Below are positions 62,547 through 64,000 of a stretch of 64,000 bases of DNA, one piece after another (the stretch's first letter is position 1; the number at the start of each line of letters is the position of its first letter). The notes beneath the pieces were generated by a model. It did no database searches, was not told where the DNA came from, and was given only the letters and a program-made list of their open reading frames with translations. The DNA is from Armatimonadota bacterium (GTDB taxonomy: Bacteria; Armatimonadota; Chthonomonadetes; Chthonomonadales; CAJBBX01). The translations under genes and the position numbers were made by a program. Where the stretch lies: positions 2,509 through 66,508 of the forward strand of contig JAPLCQ010000089.1 of NCBI GenBank assembly GCA_026392115.1. Direction: 5' to 3'.

Positions 62547-62785
62547 GGCTGCCGCGCGATCTCTCCGGCGAGGGGCTTGCACAGGCCCTGTCGAAGCTCG
62601 GGTACCGCGCGGACCACCAGACGGGAAGTCACCTCAGGCTCACGACTTCCAGCGAAGGCGAGCATCACGTGACCGTTCCTCGCCACGGCTTCCTGCGGAT
62701 CGGCACACTGTCGGCGATCCTCGCCGATGTCGCCCTGCACTTCGGCATGGATCGTGAGGAGCTTCTCCAGCGACTGGGGCTCTGA
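62543..62785 (+). CDS. hicA: HicA-family toxin
   Basis: The GTG start overlaps the hicB stop (GTGA) and lies 10 nt after AGGAGG. LSGEGLAQALSKLGYRADHQTGSHLRLTT..EHHVTVPRH fits the HicA pattern. Confidence 0.7.
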   Translation: MRLPRDLSGEGLAQALSKLGYRADHQTGSHLRLTTSSEGEHHVTVPRHGFLRIGTLSAILADVALHFGMDREELLQRLGL

Positions 62786-62798
62786 TCCCGCGGCCCCT

Positions 62799-62875
62799 CC
62801 GAGCGGCGCGGACTCCTGCACCGCATGGTGGCCGTCCGGGCGTACACTAACAGCCAACTCGCCACGGAGGCGCCG
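62799..62875. repeat. 77-bp perfect direct repeat, right copy (contains the SD of the downstream gene)
   Basis: Identical to 62175..62251. It ends 2 nt before ATG 62878. Confidence 0.95.
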
Positions 62876-62877
62876 CT

Positions 62878-64000
62878 ATGCCCGTCCGCCACGCCCTGAC
62901 GCTCGCACTGCTGCTCGCCGCATCGCGCCTGCCCGCCCAGCAGGTCACCATCCACGTGGCGCCGGACGGCCGCGACGGATGGTCGGGCCGCCCGGCAAGG
63001 CCCAACGCCGCCCGCACCGACGGCCCGGTGGCCTCGCCGGAGCGCGCCCGCGAGCTGCTCCGGAGCCTCCGCCTGGCGGGACGCCTGCCCGGCGGAGGGC
63101 GCATCCTGCTGCAGGGCGGCGACTACACGCTCGCCAGGCCGCTTCGCTTCGGGCCGGAGGAGAGCGGCGCTCCCGGCGCCCCCACGGTCATCGAGGGTCG
63201 CCGGGGCCAGGTCGCGACCCTGCGCGGATCGGCGCCGGTGCGGGGTTGGCGTCGCGTGGGTCCGGGCCTCTACGCCGCCCGGGCGCCCCGCGTCCCCGGC
63301 GGCGACTTCCGGTTCCGCGAACTCTTCCTGCGCGGCCGCCGGCAGACCCTGGCCCGCTTCCCCAACTCCGCTCCCGAGGCCCCTCTCACCGGCGGCATGC
63401 TCACCGTGGAGGAGACCGCCTCGGCGGACAAGAACAGCTTCCACTTCCGCCAGGGGCAGATTCCCTGGGCGCGCTGGGGCGCCTTCGACCAGGCCGAGGT
63501 GAACCTCTACCCCTACCACTGCTGGGACCACAACATCATCCGCGTGGCCGCGGTGGACGCCGAGGCCTGCCTCGTCAAGCTCCGCTACCCCGTCGCGGGC
63601 ACGATCCAGGTGGGCAACCGCTACTTCGTGCAGAACGTCCTGGGCGCCCTGGACGCGCCGGGCGAGTGGTTCTGCGACTGGCGGACGGGCCTCATCACCT
63701 TCCGCCCGCCGGACGGCCGCAAGCCCGCCGACGGCGAGGTGACCGTGCCCATGCTGGAGAGCCTGGTCCAGCTCACGGGCTCGGCCGGCGCGCCCGTCCA
63801 CGACGTGCGGGTGATCAACCTGCGCCTCACCGGCTCGCGGCAGGACGGCGTGGAGCTGCAGGGCGCCCGCGACTGCTCCGTGGTCCGGTGCAGCGTCAGC
63901 GGCGTGGGCGGCGTGGCGGTCAACGTGGGCCGCCTGCGCAACGCCATGCGCGGAGTGGGGCTGCCCTGGCGGCGGGAGGCCCTGGGCGAGATGGTCCACT
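62878..64000 (+). CDS. Secreted right-handed beta-helix protein, partial (continues beyond the window end)
   Basis: Not in the ORF track because it runs off the edge. My translation from ATG 62878 is open to 64000: MPVRHALTLALLLAASRLPAQQVTIHVAPDGRDGWSGR...ILLQGGDYTL...VINLRLTGSRQDGVELQGARDCSVVRCSVSG. This is the typical beta-helix (pectate-lyase-like) architecture. Confidence 0.75.
   Translation, partial: MPVRHALTLALLLAASRLPAQQVTIHVAPDGRDGWSGRPARPNAARTDGPVASPERARELLRSLRLAGRLPGGGRILLQGGDYTLARPLRFGPEESGAPGAPTVIEGRRGQVATLRGSAPVRGWRRVGPGLYAARAPRVPGGDFRFRELFLRGRRQTLARFPNSAPEAPLTGGMLTVEETASADKNSFHFRQGQIPWARWGAFDQAEVNLYPYHCWDHNIIRVAAVDAEACLVKLRYPVAGTIQVGNRYFVQNVLGALDAPGEWFCDWRTGLITFRPPDGRKPADGEVTVPMLESLVQLTGSAGAPVHDVRVINLRLTGSRQDGVELQGARDCSVVRCSVSGVGGVAVNVGRLRNAMRGVGLPWRREALGEMVH

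Noticed and set aside
51381-62875. Integrase, transposase, T6SS/VgrG/PAAR or two-partner-secretion genes associated with the Rhs island and hicBA insert
   Set aside because: I inspected every ORF of plausible composition in and around the islands. None shows tyrosine- or serine-recombinase, DDE, VgrG, PAAR or TpsB-like motifs.

Overview
Visibly GC-rich bacterial chromosomal segment. The taxon cannot be fixed from sequence alone. Many secreted glycoside hydrolases, SBBP/RCC1/PD40 beta-propeller surface proteins and an FGE-type lipoprotein suggest an environmental polysaccharide-degrading bacterium. I can support about 45 protein genes. Backbone genes: a pectate-lyase-fold hydrolase; an RCC1-repeat protein; a small-membrane-protein/methyltransferase/sulfatase-like operon; a transglutaminase-like protein; two tandem SBBP-repeat paralogs, one disrupted; a SARP(BTAD)-STAND-TPR regulator; and a large PAS/GAF hybrid histidine kinase. 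A tightly packed 17-kb plus-strand operon carries GH-like, GH5, glycyl-radical enzyme, GH51, PD40, FGE-like, MBOAT, SGNH, oxoprolinase and URO-D-like genes, followed by an MFS transporter. Accessory content sits in three places. (i) 3.6-7.2 kb holds a DUF2971 two-gene cassette plus three toxin-antitoxin loci, one of them decayed. (ii) 51.4-61.0 kb holds an 8.9-kb Rhs polymorphic-toxin island: a compact Rhs gene, three orphan toxin tips, four immunity-position genes including a BI-1/YccA-family membrane protein, and a C39-like/TPR protein. (iii) 62.2-62.9 kb holds a hicBA-like cassette. Each accessory block is bracketed by direct duplications of the neighbouring native sequence (66+34 nt, about 375 nt, and a perfect 77 nt), and no integrase or transposase is present. 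This is the most unusual recurring signal in the window. A dispersed composite repeat family (nonamer arrays plus a GTCATCCTGA...TCAGGATGAC core) occurs six times. Most long ORFs in the supplied track that lie in alternative frames are high-GC shadow ORFs. No rRNA, tRNA or CRISPR array was recognised. All family calls come from motif recognition by eye and need HMM or structure confirmation.
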